Position numbers and translations under genes: made by a program | The notes under the pieces: generated by a model | Database searches by the model: none | What the model was told of the DNA's origin: nothing | The model's input: only the letters and a program-made list of their open reading frames with translations | Virus record (IMG/VR): IMGVR_UViG_3300020042_003422 | Location: 1 to 27,191 of that record | Strand: one strand, 5' to 3' | DNA from: a virus | Lineage: Duplodnaviria; Caudoviricetes | DNA: 27,191 bases | Part shown: positions 9,635 to 17,545 of the stretch, piece by piece | Layout: the number at the start of each line of letters is the position of its first letter | Position numbering within the stretch: the first letter of the stretch is position 1

Positions 9635-11942
9635 TATAGAAGATATAAAACAACGCATTGGTGCAACTCAAATTGAGATGTCCAAGTACGTTAAAATTGA
9701 TCCCATTGAAAGAGAAGATAGAAAGGGATGGGTTAACTATGGAGAGGGCAATGCCTTCCCACAATACTTGATTGAATTATACAATGAGTCACCAATACAC
9801 GGCGCACTGGTGAACTCAATTAGTTATATGATTGCAGGCCGTGAATTAACGGCATCAACTCCACAAGCTGTAAAAGAAATTAGCCGTTTGAATTTAGATT
9901 CAATAATTCATCCGACATCATTGGATTTGAAGTTGCAAGGTGGATTTTATTGGGAAATAATTTGGTCAATGGATAGAAGCACCATCGCACAAATAAATCA
10001 TTTGCCATTTGAGAATTGCAGGTTAGCTTGTAGTGATGAGGCAGATGATGTTGTTGGTGTGTGGTATTCGAGAGACTGGACTGATACGAGAAAGAAAAAG
10101 AATACACCTCATTTCATTCCGATGTTCGATGTGAATACGAATGAAGCTGAACCAAAACAAGTATTGTTTGTACATAGTTTAATGGTTGGGAGTGAATATT
10201 ATCCAAAGCCTGACTATGTGGGTGCAATCAATGAGATTGAAAAGATGCGCCAACTTAGCGAGTATCAAGTCAACTTAATTCTCAATGGATTCTTCCCATC
10301 ACTTATAGCATCTTTCAATAATGGTATCCCATCTTTGGAGGAGCAGCATCTAATCAAGAATCAATTGCAAATGTCAATTCAAGGTTCGGAGAATGCAGGT
10401 AAAGTCTTGACATTTTTCAACGAAGAACGTGACCGAGGTGTGGAATTTACTCCTTTCCCAGTATCCGATATGGATAAGCAATTCACCACGTTGGTTGACC
10501 AATCAATGGAGGCAATTTTAGTAAGCCATAGAGTAACATCTCCTTTGTTATTTGGTGTACGTGCAGGTGGTGGATTGGGTAGTAATACCGATGAGATGCG
10601 AACTGCAATGCGCATATTCCAACGTCAAGTAATTGAGCCATTTCAGAGACTAATTACAGGCGCAACCGAAGAAGTGTTAGCCTCATTTGGTGTGTTTGCT
10701 AATGTCAAAATTGTACAGAATGATTTGTTCGCTGATGAGATGGTAGTAGATGCAGCAGGTGAAGTAGCACAACCAGTTGATGTTGCAAGTCAGGCATTGA
10801 ACGGAGCTCAAATTGCATCACTACTTGAGATAATTGTACAGACTACTGCGAATGTGTTGACCATTCCAAGCGCAAAGGCCATCACTAAAGCATCATTCCC
10901 AATGCTATCTGATGTTCAGATAAGCGAGATATTCGATAACCTTTCCAATGTTGTAATTGATCCTACTGAAGTAGTTCAAAAAAAAAAAGTTGAGTTAGAA
11001 AGCTACGAGCCAACCGATGAGATGGCAGGTGAAGCTGAGTTAGGATTGAAGTGGAGAGATGAATACGGCAGGGGTGGAACGGAGGTCGGAGTAGCGAGAG
11101 CGAGAGACATAAGCAATAAACGCAATTTGTCTTTTGATACAGTACAAAGAATGAACTCTTATTTTTCACGGCACGAAGTAGACAAAGAAGCTACCGGATG
11201 GAATCAAGGTGAGGATGGTTTTCCAACTGCTGGTCGCATTGCTTGGCAATTGTGGGGTGGTGATGCAGGTAGAGATTGGGCAAAGCGAATAGTGGAGCGT
11301 GTAAACGTTGAGCAGTCAGCTCACGAATTAGATGCTATTGCTGAAGAACTTATCCAACTCGGTGAAGATGCAAATGAGGACTGGATTTTGATAGATGAGT
11401 ACGATGTTGACTATGATGAGGATGATGCAGAAAACGAAGCTATCTCACACATCTTTGATGCAGTCGAAGTTCATCAAGTAAGTACTGGAACGGCAAGACC
11501 AAACGCAGTAAGTGACCAAGATGCTACTATCGATGAACGTAAGTATTACACACGTTATCGATACAGCGGTAGAATCACAGATGTCACTCGACCTTTTTGT
11601 ACTAAAATGCTACAAGCGGATAAGCTATATCGCAAAGAAGATATAATGGCAATGAACAATAGGGCAGTTAACCCGGGATGGGGGCCAAATGGTGCTGATA
11701 CTTATAGCTGTTGGTTGTATAAAGGTGGCGGCAACTGCCATCACATTTGGAAAAAGCAGTTGTACATTAGTGCAAAAGGATTTGGATTGGATTTGAATAG
11801 TCCAAATGTCCGCACTCAGGCTTGGACAAGAGCTGAAAAGGCTGGGTACAAAATTCGCAATAATTATTTGGTAGAAAAAAGACCTATTGATATGCCATAC
11901 AATGGATTCCTACCAACAAATCCACGTTTTGGAAACAAATAA
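9627..11942 (+). CDS. Portal protein with long C-terminal extension (WGG helical domain plus MuF-like domain)
   Basis: Portal motifs 'WVNYGEGNAFPQYLIELYNESPIHGA', 'YYPKPDY', 'GSENAGK' and 'HRVTSPLLFG' lie in the first ~365 aa. The ATG at 9627 is preferred to 9612 because it overlaps the upstream stop. About 320 aa follow the QKKKV tract. Confidence 0.8.
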   Translation: MANIEDIKQRIGATQIEMSKYVKIDPIEREDRKGWVNYGEGNAFPQYLIELYNESPIHGALVNSISYMIAGRELTASTPQAVKEISRLNLDSIIHPTSLDLKLQGGFYWEIIWSMDRSTIAQINHLPFENCRLACSDEADDVVGVWYSRDWTDTRKKKNTPHFIPMFDVNTNEAEPKQVLFVHSLMVGSEYYPKPDYVGAINEIEKMRQLSEYQVNLILNGFFPSLIASFNNGIPSLEEQHLIKNQLQMSIQGSENAGKVLTFFNEERDRGVEFTPFPVSDMDKQFTTLVDQSMEAILVSHRVTSPLLFGVRAGGGLGSNTDEMRTAMRIFQRQVIEPFQRLITGATEEVLASFGVFANVKIVQNDLFADEMVVDAAGEVAQPVDVASQALNGAQIASLLEIIVQTTANVLTIPSAKAITKASFPMLSDVQISEIFDNLSNVVIDPTEVVQKKKVELESYEPTDEMAGEAELGLKWRDEYGRGGTEVGVARARDISNKRNLSFDTVQRMNSYFSRHEVDKEATGWNQGEDGFPTAGRIAWQLWGGDAGRDWAKRIVERVNVEQSAHELDAIAEELIQLGEDANEDWILIDEYDVDYDEDDAENEAISHIFDAVEVHQVSTGTARPNAVSDQDATIDERKYYTRYRYSGRITDVTRPFCTKMLQADKLYRKEDIMAMNNRAVNPGWGPNGADTYSCWLYKGGGNCHHIWKKQLYISAKGFGLDLNSPNVRTQAWTRAEKAGYKIRNNYLVEKRPIDMPYNGFLPTNPRFGNK

Positions 11943-11953
11943 AAATTAAAGAA

Positions 11954-12529
11954 ATGCCAATACCACAAGAAATATTACTCATCAATGAGGACTACATCAA
12001 GAAATTTACTCCTTTAACTGATGCGGTTGATCCTAATTTAATTAGACCTGCAATATACTTGGCGCAGGATAAGTATTTAACCAACTTTTTGGGTACAAAT
12101 TTGACGGTAAGATTGAAGGATGATGTAGCGAATTCTACTTTATCAGGTGACTATGAGATACTACTCAATGAATATGTATTGAAAGTTGTGTTGTGGTGGA
12201 CTATGGTTGAACTTTATCCATCATTATTGTACAAGCACGACAACGGAAACTTAGTGAGCAGACAAAGCGAAGATACTACTCCAGTTACTAAGTTCGAAAT
12301 GGAGTCATTGAAAGAGGCTGCACGTCAAAACGCAAGATGGTACACCAAAAGAATGGTTGACTATTTGTGTTTTAATTCAACTTTATTCCCTGAATACACC
12401 AACAATACCGACAACAATATTTTCCCAGATAGAAACCCATACGGAAAGAGTAATTTTCTAATCTCAAATTCATATAGACAATGGCGCAACCAATGGTCAA
12501 TAAGAGACTTTCTCCCCCCATCGTATTAA
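11954..12529 (+). CDS. Head-tail adaptor/connector-like protein
   Basis: 'IYLAQDKYLTNFLGTNL' and 'YLCFNSTLFPEY' motifs. It lies directly after the portal. Confidence 0.55.
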   Translation: MPIPQEILLINEDYIKKFTPLTDAVDPNLIRPAIYLAQDKYLTNFLGTNLTVRLKDDVANSTLSGDYEILLNEYVLKVVLWWTMVELYPSLLYKHDNGNLVSRQSEDTTPVTKFEMESLKEAARQNARWYTKRMVDYLCFNSTLFPEYTNNTDNNIFPDRNPYGKSNFLISNSYRQWRNQWSIRDFLPPSY

Positions 12530-12588
12530 AGCGAAAGGAGTATGAAAAGTTATTGAAGCAGTATCTTAAAAAACAAGAAAAGAGATGA
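12481..12588 (+). CDS. Small basic protein (35 aa), not in the ORF track
   Basis: MAQPMVNKRLSPPIVLKRKEYEKLLKQYLKKQEKR. Its stop overlaps the holin start as ATGA and it fills the gap. Confidence 0.45.
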   Translation: MAQPMVNKRLSPPIVLKRKEYEKLLKQYLKKQEKR

Positions 12589-12992
12589 AGGTAAAGCTGT
12601 GGCTATTGGGTATTGCAACCGTCTTTTTACCCATCAAAGAACTGATGATTACAATCGGTTTTTTGGTTGCTATGGATATGGTTGTTGGGATTTGGAAAGC
12701 TATTAAATTAGGCCAAAGAATTAGGTCAAGACGAATGAGTGATACCATCACAAAATTGATGTTGTACCAAATTGCTATTGTGAGTGGATTTCTTATTGAG
12801 ACCTATGTAATAGCGCAACTTATCCCCATTACAAAGTTGATAGCTACCGTAGTTGCCATCATTGAATTCAAGTCAATCATTGAAAGTATTGAGTCGGTGA
12901 CTGGTAAAGATTTGTGGTCAAAGATTAAAGCTATCATAGGAAGAAAGAGTGAAGATTTAACCGATGCGATGATCGATGGAAAAGATAAGTAA
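12585..12992 (+). CDS. Phage holin
   Basis: Several hydrophobic helices with 'DMVVGIWKA...IRSRRM...K...Y...IEFKSIIE'. It overlaps the endolysin gene. Confidence 0.75.
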   Translation: MKVKLWLLGIATVFLPIKELMITIGFLVAMDMVVGIWKAIKLGQRIRSRRMSDTITKLMLYQIAIVSGFLIETYVIAQLIPITKLIATVVAIIEFKSIIESIESVTGKDLWSKIKAIIGRKSEDLTDAMIDGKDK

Positions 12993-13437
12993 ATACGTAA
13001 GCTACTTTGAGGTCACGCATAGCAACCAAGCGAAAGCGTTGAAGATTGGGAACATTCCAAATGCTGAACAATTAGCAAATCTGAAGCTGGTTTGCACCAA
13101 CATTTTTGATAAAGTGCGTGAGCATTTTGGAAAGCCAATCGGCATATCTTCAGGGTTCAGAAGTGTGGAACTTAATACACGCATAGGCGGTTCAAAAAGT
13201 TCACAACATATGGAAGGGAAGGCATTAGATATTGATGGAGATATTCACGGTGGCATAAATAACAAAGACTTATTTGATTATATTAGAAAAAATTGTACAT
13301 TTGACCAACTGATTTGGGAGTTTGGAAGTGAGAATGCACCATCTTGGGTACACGTAAGTTACAACAAAGAAGGGAACAGAGGTCAAGTGTTACGTGCGGT
13401 CAAGAGTGGTGGTAGAACTGTTTACCAACCATTCTAA
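12976..13437 (+). CDS. Endolysin, peptidase M15A family (Zn D-Ala-D-Ala carboxypeptidase-like)
   Basis: 'SSGFRS', 'SQHMEGKALD' (H-x6-D) and 'WVHVSY' zinc-ligand motifs. Confidence 0.9.
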   Translation: MEKISKYVSYFEVTHSNQAKALKIGNIPNAEQLANLKLVCTNIFDKVREHFGKPIGISSGFRSVELNTRIGGSKSSQHMEGKALDIDGDIHGGINNKDLFDYIRKNCTFDQLIWEFGSENAPSWVHVSYNKEGNRGQVLRAVKSGGRTVYQPF

Positions 13438-13446
13438 AAATAACAT

Positions 13447-14433
13447 ATGCCTGAAAGTCAAAAGACAAAAATCGCACGTGAATTGCGTGAGCGTTTTCCC
13501 GACACACCAACTTTAACGTTGGCTAAGAAATTAAGCAAAGAACATTTTGAAACCTTCTTGGGAGTTGAAGATGCACGTCACGCACTGCGTAGGATTGAAG
13601 GAAAAACTGGTAAATACAGACCTGCCGACAAATCTTTTATAGTGGAGAATGATAGACCTCGCAATCCTTTCAAGTTGCCAAAGTCATATGCGAAAGGTCG
13701 AAAGCATATTGACATTAAAGGCAAAAAGATTTTAATCCTATCGGACATTCACATACCCTACCACGACATTGACGCATTATCTACTGCTATCCAGTGTGGC
13801 ATTGATGAGGGTGTTGATACGGTTGTGCTGAATGGTGACGCATTAGACTGCCATATGATAAGCGACTTTGTAAAGGATCCGAAGAAACGCAAGTTCAAAG
13901 ATGAACTTTACGCAATGCGTACTTTCATTTATGAGTTGCGTCAAACATTTCCGGATGCTGAAATAATCTACAAGGAAGGCAACCACGAAGAAAGATATTG
14001 GAGATATATGAGAGTGAAAGCACCCGAACTTTTTGATATAGATGCATTTGATTTCGCCTCATTGTGTCATTTGGATAAACATAACGTACAATGGATAGAA
14101 GGAAAGAATAAGTTGAATGTTGGAGGTCTATCCATCTTTCACGGCCACGAATTTGGAAAGCAATTTATGCCGTCTGTAAACGTTGCGAGAGGTCTATTTT
14201 TGAAGACAAAAGCCAACGCTATGTGTGGACATCATCATCAAACTGCTGAACACACTGAGCGAGATGTAAATGGGAAAGTTATTACGTGCTGGGGTGTGGG
14301 GTGTCTATCCGAGTTGTCACCTGATTACAACCCATACTCAAAATACAATCACGGATTTGCAATAATTACAAGAGGCAATGGAAAAGAATTTAACGTTAAA
14401 AACTATCGTGTTAATCAAGGCAATATCTATTAG
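13447..14433 (+). CDS. Calcineurin-like metallophosphoesterase with N-terminal helical domain
   Basis: All five motifs are present: SDIH, NGDALD, GNHE, HGH and GHHH. Confidence 0.85.
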   Translation: MPESQKTKIARELRERFPDTPTLTLAKKLSKEHFETFLGVEDARHALRRIEGKTGKYRPADKSFIVENDRPRNPFKLPKSYAKGRKHIDIKGKKILILSDIHIPYHDIDALSTAIQCGIDEGVDTVVLNGDALDCHMISDFVKDPKKRKFKDELYAMRTFIYELRQTFPDAEIIYKEGNHEERYWRYMRVKAPELFDIDAFDFASLCHLDKHNVQWIEGKNKLNVGGLSIFHGHEFGKQFMPSVNVARGLFLKTKANAMCGHHHQTAEHTERDVNGKVITCWGVGCLSELSPDYNPYSKYNHGFAIITRGNGKEFNVKNYRVNQGNIY

Positions 14434-14692
14434 CATTGGTATTGCAATTGGTGTACTGATATGTGAAAAAAACTATAAACCAATCACAAAATCAGTTTAT
14501 CACAACGATACAATTGTTGTATTAAAAGCAACAGTTGACACGCTGAAACTTGAACGCATTAAACTAAAAACGATATATGAAAAGGACATTGATACTATTT
14601 ATATGTATGATAGCACTGCCATTGATAGCGCATACACAAAAGCTATCGAACGACTCATTGAACTGGAGAAAGCTGGATTCTTTGCGAACTGA
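14378..14692 (+). CDS. Membrane-anchored protein, i-spanin-like candidate
   Basis: N-terminal hydrophobic helix followed by a helical soluble part. It lies at the end of the lysis cassette and overlaps the next ORF. Confidence 0.45.
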   Translation: MEKNLTLKTIVLIKAISISIGIAIGVLICEKNYKPITKSVYHNDTIVVLKATVDTLKLERIKLKTIYEKDIDTIYMYDSTAIDSAYTKAIERLIELEKAGFFAN

Positions 14693-14951
14693 AAGACGAT
14701 TGGTAGTATTGGGTGTGCGGTCACTTGATTACTACATTGAACTCAATTCTAATTTAAGTAAGGAGATTCAGTCACTAACTAAAATGAACGCAGTTAATGA
14801 GTCATATATCGAACAATTAGAGGGTGATTTGTCCCATTTAAGACAAGTTAATGATGATGAGATTAGATCAAAAAAAAAGTGGCGCAATGCCACTCTTTTA
14901 ATATCAGGTGCGAATGTCATTTTTTTGACATCATTCGTTTTAAGTAGATAG
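14577..14951 (+). CDS. Signal-peptide/coiled-coil protein with C-terminal TM, spanin-like candidate
   Basis: Signal peptide 'MKRTLILFICMIALPLIAHTQ', a heptad-like centre and a 'KKKWRNATLLISGANVIFLTSFVL' tail. It overlaps the previous ORF by 116 nt. Confidence 0.45.
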   Translation: MKRTLILFICMIALPLIAHTQKLSNDSLNWRKLDSLRTERRLVVLGVRSLDYYIELNSNLSKEIQSLTKMNAVNESYIEQLEGDLSHLRQVNDDEIRSKKKWRNATLLISGANVIFLTSFVLSR

Positions 14952-15126
14952 CAAAATCAAGAGCCTCCTCGTAAGCGTGTTGCATCCATTCCTTTTCTGA
15001 TAGATTCGCATTATCTACCGTTGTGCCATACTTAGTCCTTCCCATTTTCTCACGTGAGATAAGGTCGCTAATAACCTCTTTGTAGATGTCGGACTGGCAG
15101 TTGTCAAAGTCGTGGGTTATATTCAT
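14917..15126 (-). CDS. Conserved small phage protein, possibly all-alpha NTP-pyrophosphatase-like
   Basis: 'GRTKYGTT...WMQHAYEEALDFAIYL'. The EExxD motif resembles MazG/dUTPase-type helical folds. Confidence 0.5.
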   Translation of the reverse strand: MNITHDFDNCQSDIYKEVISDLISREKMGRTKYGTTVDNANLSEKEWMQHAYEEALDFAIYLKRMMSKK

Positions 15127-15473
15127 ATTTTAACTTGTAATTTGGGTTGTGTTTGTTGTTGAGTGCGAATGTACTCCGTCAATTCGGGTAGCATCCAGTA
15201 TCCATATTCCGCCAAAAGTGATGTAAATTCAGACATTTGGCGAGTTATATCAGGCAGCATTGCACCATCCGCATCCCATAAAGCGGTTATTGTCTTGCCG
15301 TGTTCACGCTGAATAGACTCATTTAAGCGTTTCAATAACATCTTAGTTTGATGGTTGTAAAACCATTTGATATCCTCACATTCATCACCTGCGTAAATGG
15401 ATGCTTGAAGCCACATAAGTAGGTTAAGCACCTTGATTTTTTCAAGTTCGTCTTGTGTAATTTCAGTTTTCAT
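15123..15473 (-). CDS. Hypothetical protein (116 aa)
   Basis: A-rich initiation region and ATGA overlap with the downstream gene. Confidence 0.65.
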   Translation of the reverse strand: MKTEITQDELEKIKVLNLLMWLQASIYAGDECEDIKWFYNHQTKMLLKRLNESIQREHGKTITALWDADGAMLPDITRQMSEFTSLLAEYGYWMLPELTEYIRTQQQTQPKLQVKI

Positions 15474-15474
15474 T

Positions 15475-15636
15475 TTATTTGTTTTTATTTACGTGCCAGT
15501 ACATATCGCACTCATCATTTTTAATTGGAGGCTCAACAAAATAAGCTTGATAAAACTCATCTTCTTTTGCTGTGTACCGATAGCAATTTTGCTTGATTGG
15601 GCAATTCGTGCCCTTACATTTTGTGATGTCTGCCAT
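15475..15636 (-). CDS. Small Cys-rich protein (53 aa), not in the ORF track
   Basis: MADITKCKGTNCPIKQNCYRYTAKEDEFYQAYFVEPPIKNDECDMYWHVNKNK. It has 4 Cys and an A-rich leader, and fills the gap. Confidence 0.7.
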   Translation of the reverse strand: MADITKCKGTNCPIKQNCYRYTAKEDEFYQAYFVEPPIKNDECDMYWHVNKNK

Positions 15637-15662
15637 AGTTATTTATTTTTATTAGTTTCGTG

Positions 15663-16220
15663 TTACCTACGTACTCCGAAATCAGATTTACGTAATTTGC
15701 ACATCCGACCATCTGACTTGTGATGAAATACAATCCCTTCAATATCTTTTGAAGCGTCAGACAAATACGCCCTCAAATCTTCAAAATCTAAAGAAGGTAA
15801 TTGCAACACTTCGCATCCGTGTTTAACAAGTTTATGCCCTTCTATTTTTTCTGGGTTGCCTTGTACTTTATTTCCGCAAAGTTCATAAGTTCCATTCTCT
15901 TTATTTTCCAAAGCATCAAAGCCTTCAAAGAAATATTTATCTTCATTTTTACTTCTATCGCATTTTAACCAATGTGGATGATGTCCTGTTATTAAATCAG
16001 CTTCTTGACAAGGTATTGCACCTTCAGGAACTTGACGTCCTTTTTTAACATCGTATCTTTTGTAAAGTTCACCGTTAATAATAGCGGTTGCAGTTCCATC
16101 AAATTTACGTGTTGCAATTGCTTCGCCATCAAACACCCATTGATTTTCGGGATTGATTTCATTGATAACTCTGCCCAAGTCGTTTGAGTCTTTTTTGAAT
16201 AATGTGCTAATTTTTTTCAT
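15663..16220 (-). CDS. ATP-dependent RNA ligase-like nucleotidyltransferase (DUF5565/RLIG1-like)
   Basis: Motif I 'ATRKFDGT' (KxDG adenylation lysine), 'GTYELCG' (III), 'EGIVF' (IV) and 'CKLRK' (V). There is no OB-fold, which argues against a DNA ligase. Confidence 0.7.
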   Translation of the reverse strand: MKKISTLFKKDSNDLGRVINEINPENQWVFDGEAIATRKFDGTATAIINGELYKRYDVKKGRQVPEGAIPCQEADLITGHHPHWLKCDRSKNEDKYFFEGFDALENKENGTYELCGNKVQGNPEKIEGHKLVKHGCEVLQLPSLDFEDLRAYLSDASKDIEGIVFHHKSDGRMCKLRKSDFGVRR

Positions 16221-16249
16221 TTTTATTTAGTTATTAGATTTCAAATGTA

Positions 16250-17536
16250 TTAAGCGAATGCGTACTTTCCAAAATTCTTTTTGAGTTCGTAGTATGCCCT
16301 CATCATTATTGCATCCGCAAAGTCAGGAGATATACCGTGTCTTTTTTTCAAATCTTCTTTGTTGGTCACACGCAGCTTTCCATCACTATCTATCTTTTCA
16401 CGTCTAATCATTTCGAGTTCCTTGACAATGGTGTCCTTATGCGTTGACTCAAATGTGATGGCATTACTTGAAATCAATTCGCCAAGTTTGAAATAGCAGT
16501 CGCATTTCAAATTCATATAATTGTCACGCACTGCTTTTGATCCGTTCAAGAATCCTTTGCACCTGATAAAGTCAACCACTCCACCACCTATCCCATCCTC
16601 ATCCACCAGTACGTTAGATAATCTTACTGAGTGATTTTTGATAAGTTCATTGATGGTATCCACAACCTCATTGATTGGTTTGTGTTTTAATACTACAAAC
16701 TTTTCAGCGTGTAAGTTATTCCACACAATAATGACTGTCCTATCGTCTCCCATTCGTGCGATGTCGGCAGTAATGAATTTGTCTCCCAAATTAGTGGATG
16801 GGCGAAAGCATCGCAGTAAATCATCGTATTCATACAACCTATCTTTTGTCTCATCGTAATCCCAATCACCTTCAAGTAATCTTTTCCGGTCAATGTCGGG
16901 TAGCATCTGTAATGATTCGATATACACGGGTGAGATGTGTGGGTTGTCCGTTGGCAATGCCTGAATGAATCTTCTATCTTTTCTTATTGAGCCATTACGT
17001 TGAGCATCAAAGAACTCTCTGTATAGCCATCCCTTATGCGGATTGCAGGTCAATAGTCCTTTTGGATTGTCATTGATTAACTTGTAACGTACACGTGAAT
17101 TTAAGATATTGATACACTTTTCGCTGACCTCACTCGCCTCGTCAACAAAGTAGTCTGTGATTTCAAGCGACCCAAATCTTGAAAAATCTGCGTCTGAAGG
17201 CATATCCGCTAAGTCCATCAAGATTATTTGTGAGCCATTGAACCAATTGATTACGTGGTCTTGGCCATTGTACGTGAAATGTTTTCCTGCGATGAGATTA
17301 TATTTCGTGCAAAGCTCAAAGAACGTGGCAAGAGTGGATAGTCGTAACTTTTTAAGTTCAGCACGGCCAATAAGTCCACGTGTACCTGGATACTTTAACC
17401 GTCTTTTAATTTGCCAATCGCAACCAAGAAACGACTTTCCAGAACCTGCACTTCCGCCATATAATAATTGACGGCAATCATTGTCAATTGCAAGATAGGA
17501 TAGAGCCTCTTTTTGCTTATCGTGGAATTGTATCAT
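16250..17536 (-). CDS. terL: Terminase large subunit
   Basis: 'KQ' Q-motif, Walker A 'GGSAGSGKS', Walker B 'YFVDEASE', coupling motif 'TCNP' and RNase-H nuclease acidic residues 'ADIARMGDD' and 'SPDFADA'. Confidence 0.92.
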   Translation of the reverse strand: MIQFHDKQKEALSYLAIDNDCRQLLYGGSAGSGKSFLGCDWQIKRRLKYPGTRGLIGRAELKKLRLSTLATFFELCTKYNLIAGKHFTYNGQDHVINWFNGSQIILMDLADMPSDADFSRFGSLEITDYFVDEASEVSEKCINILNSRVRYKLINDNPKGLLTCNPHKGWLYREFFDAQRNGSIRKDRRFIQALPTDNPHISPVYIESLQMLPDIDRKRLLEGDWDYDETKDRLYEYDDLLRCFRPSTNLGDKFITADIARMGDDRTVIIVWNNLHAEKFVVLKHKPINEVVDTINELIKNHSVRLSNVLVDEDGIGGGVVDFIRCKGFLNGSKAVRDNYMNLKCDCYFKLGELISSNAITFESTHKDTIVKELEMIRREKIDSDGKLRVTNKEDLKKRHGISPDFADAIMMRAYYELKKNFGKYAFA

Positions 17537-17545
17537 ATGTATTAT

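Noticed and set aside
15433-15723. 96-aa hydrophobic + strand ORF
   Set aside because: It has a TTG start, is antisense to the early arm, and the space is better explained by the 53-aa Cys-rich gene at 15475-15636 (-).
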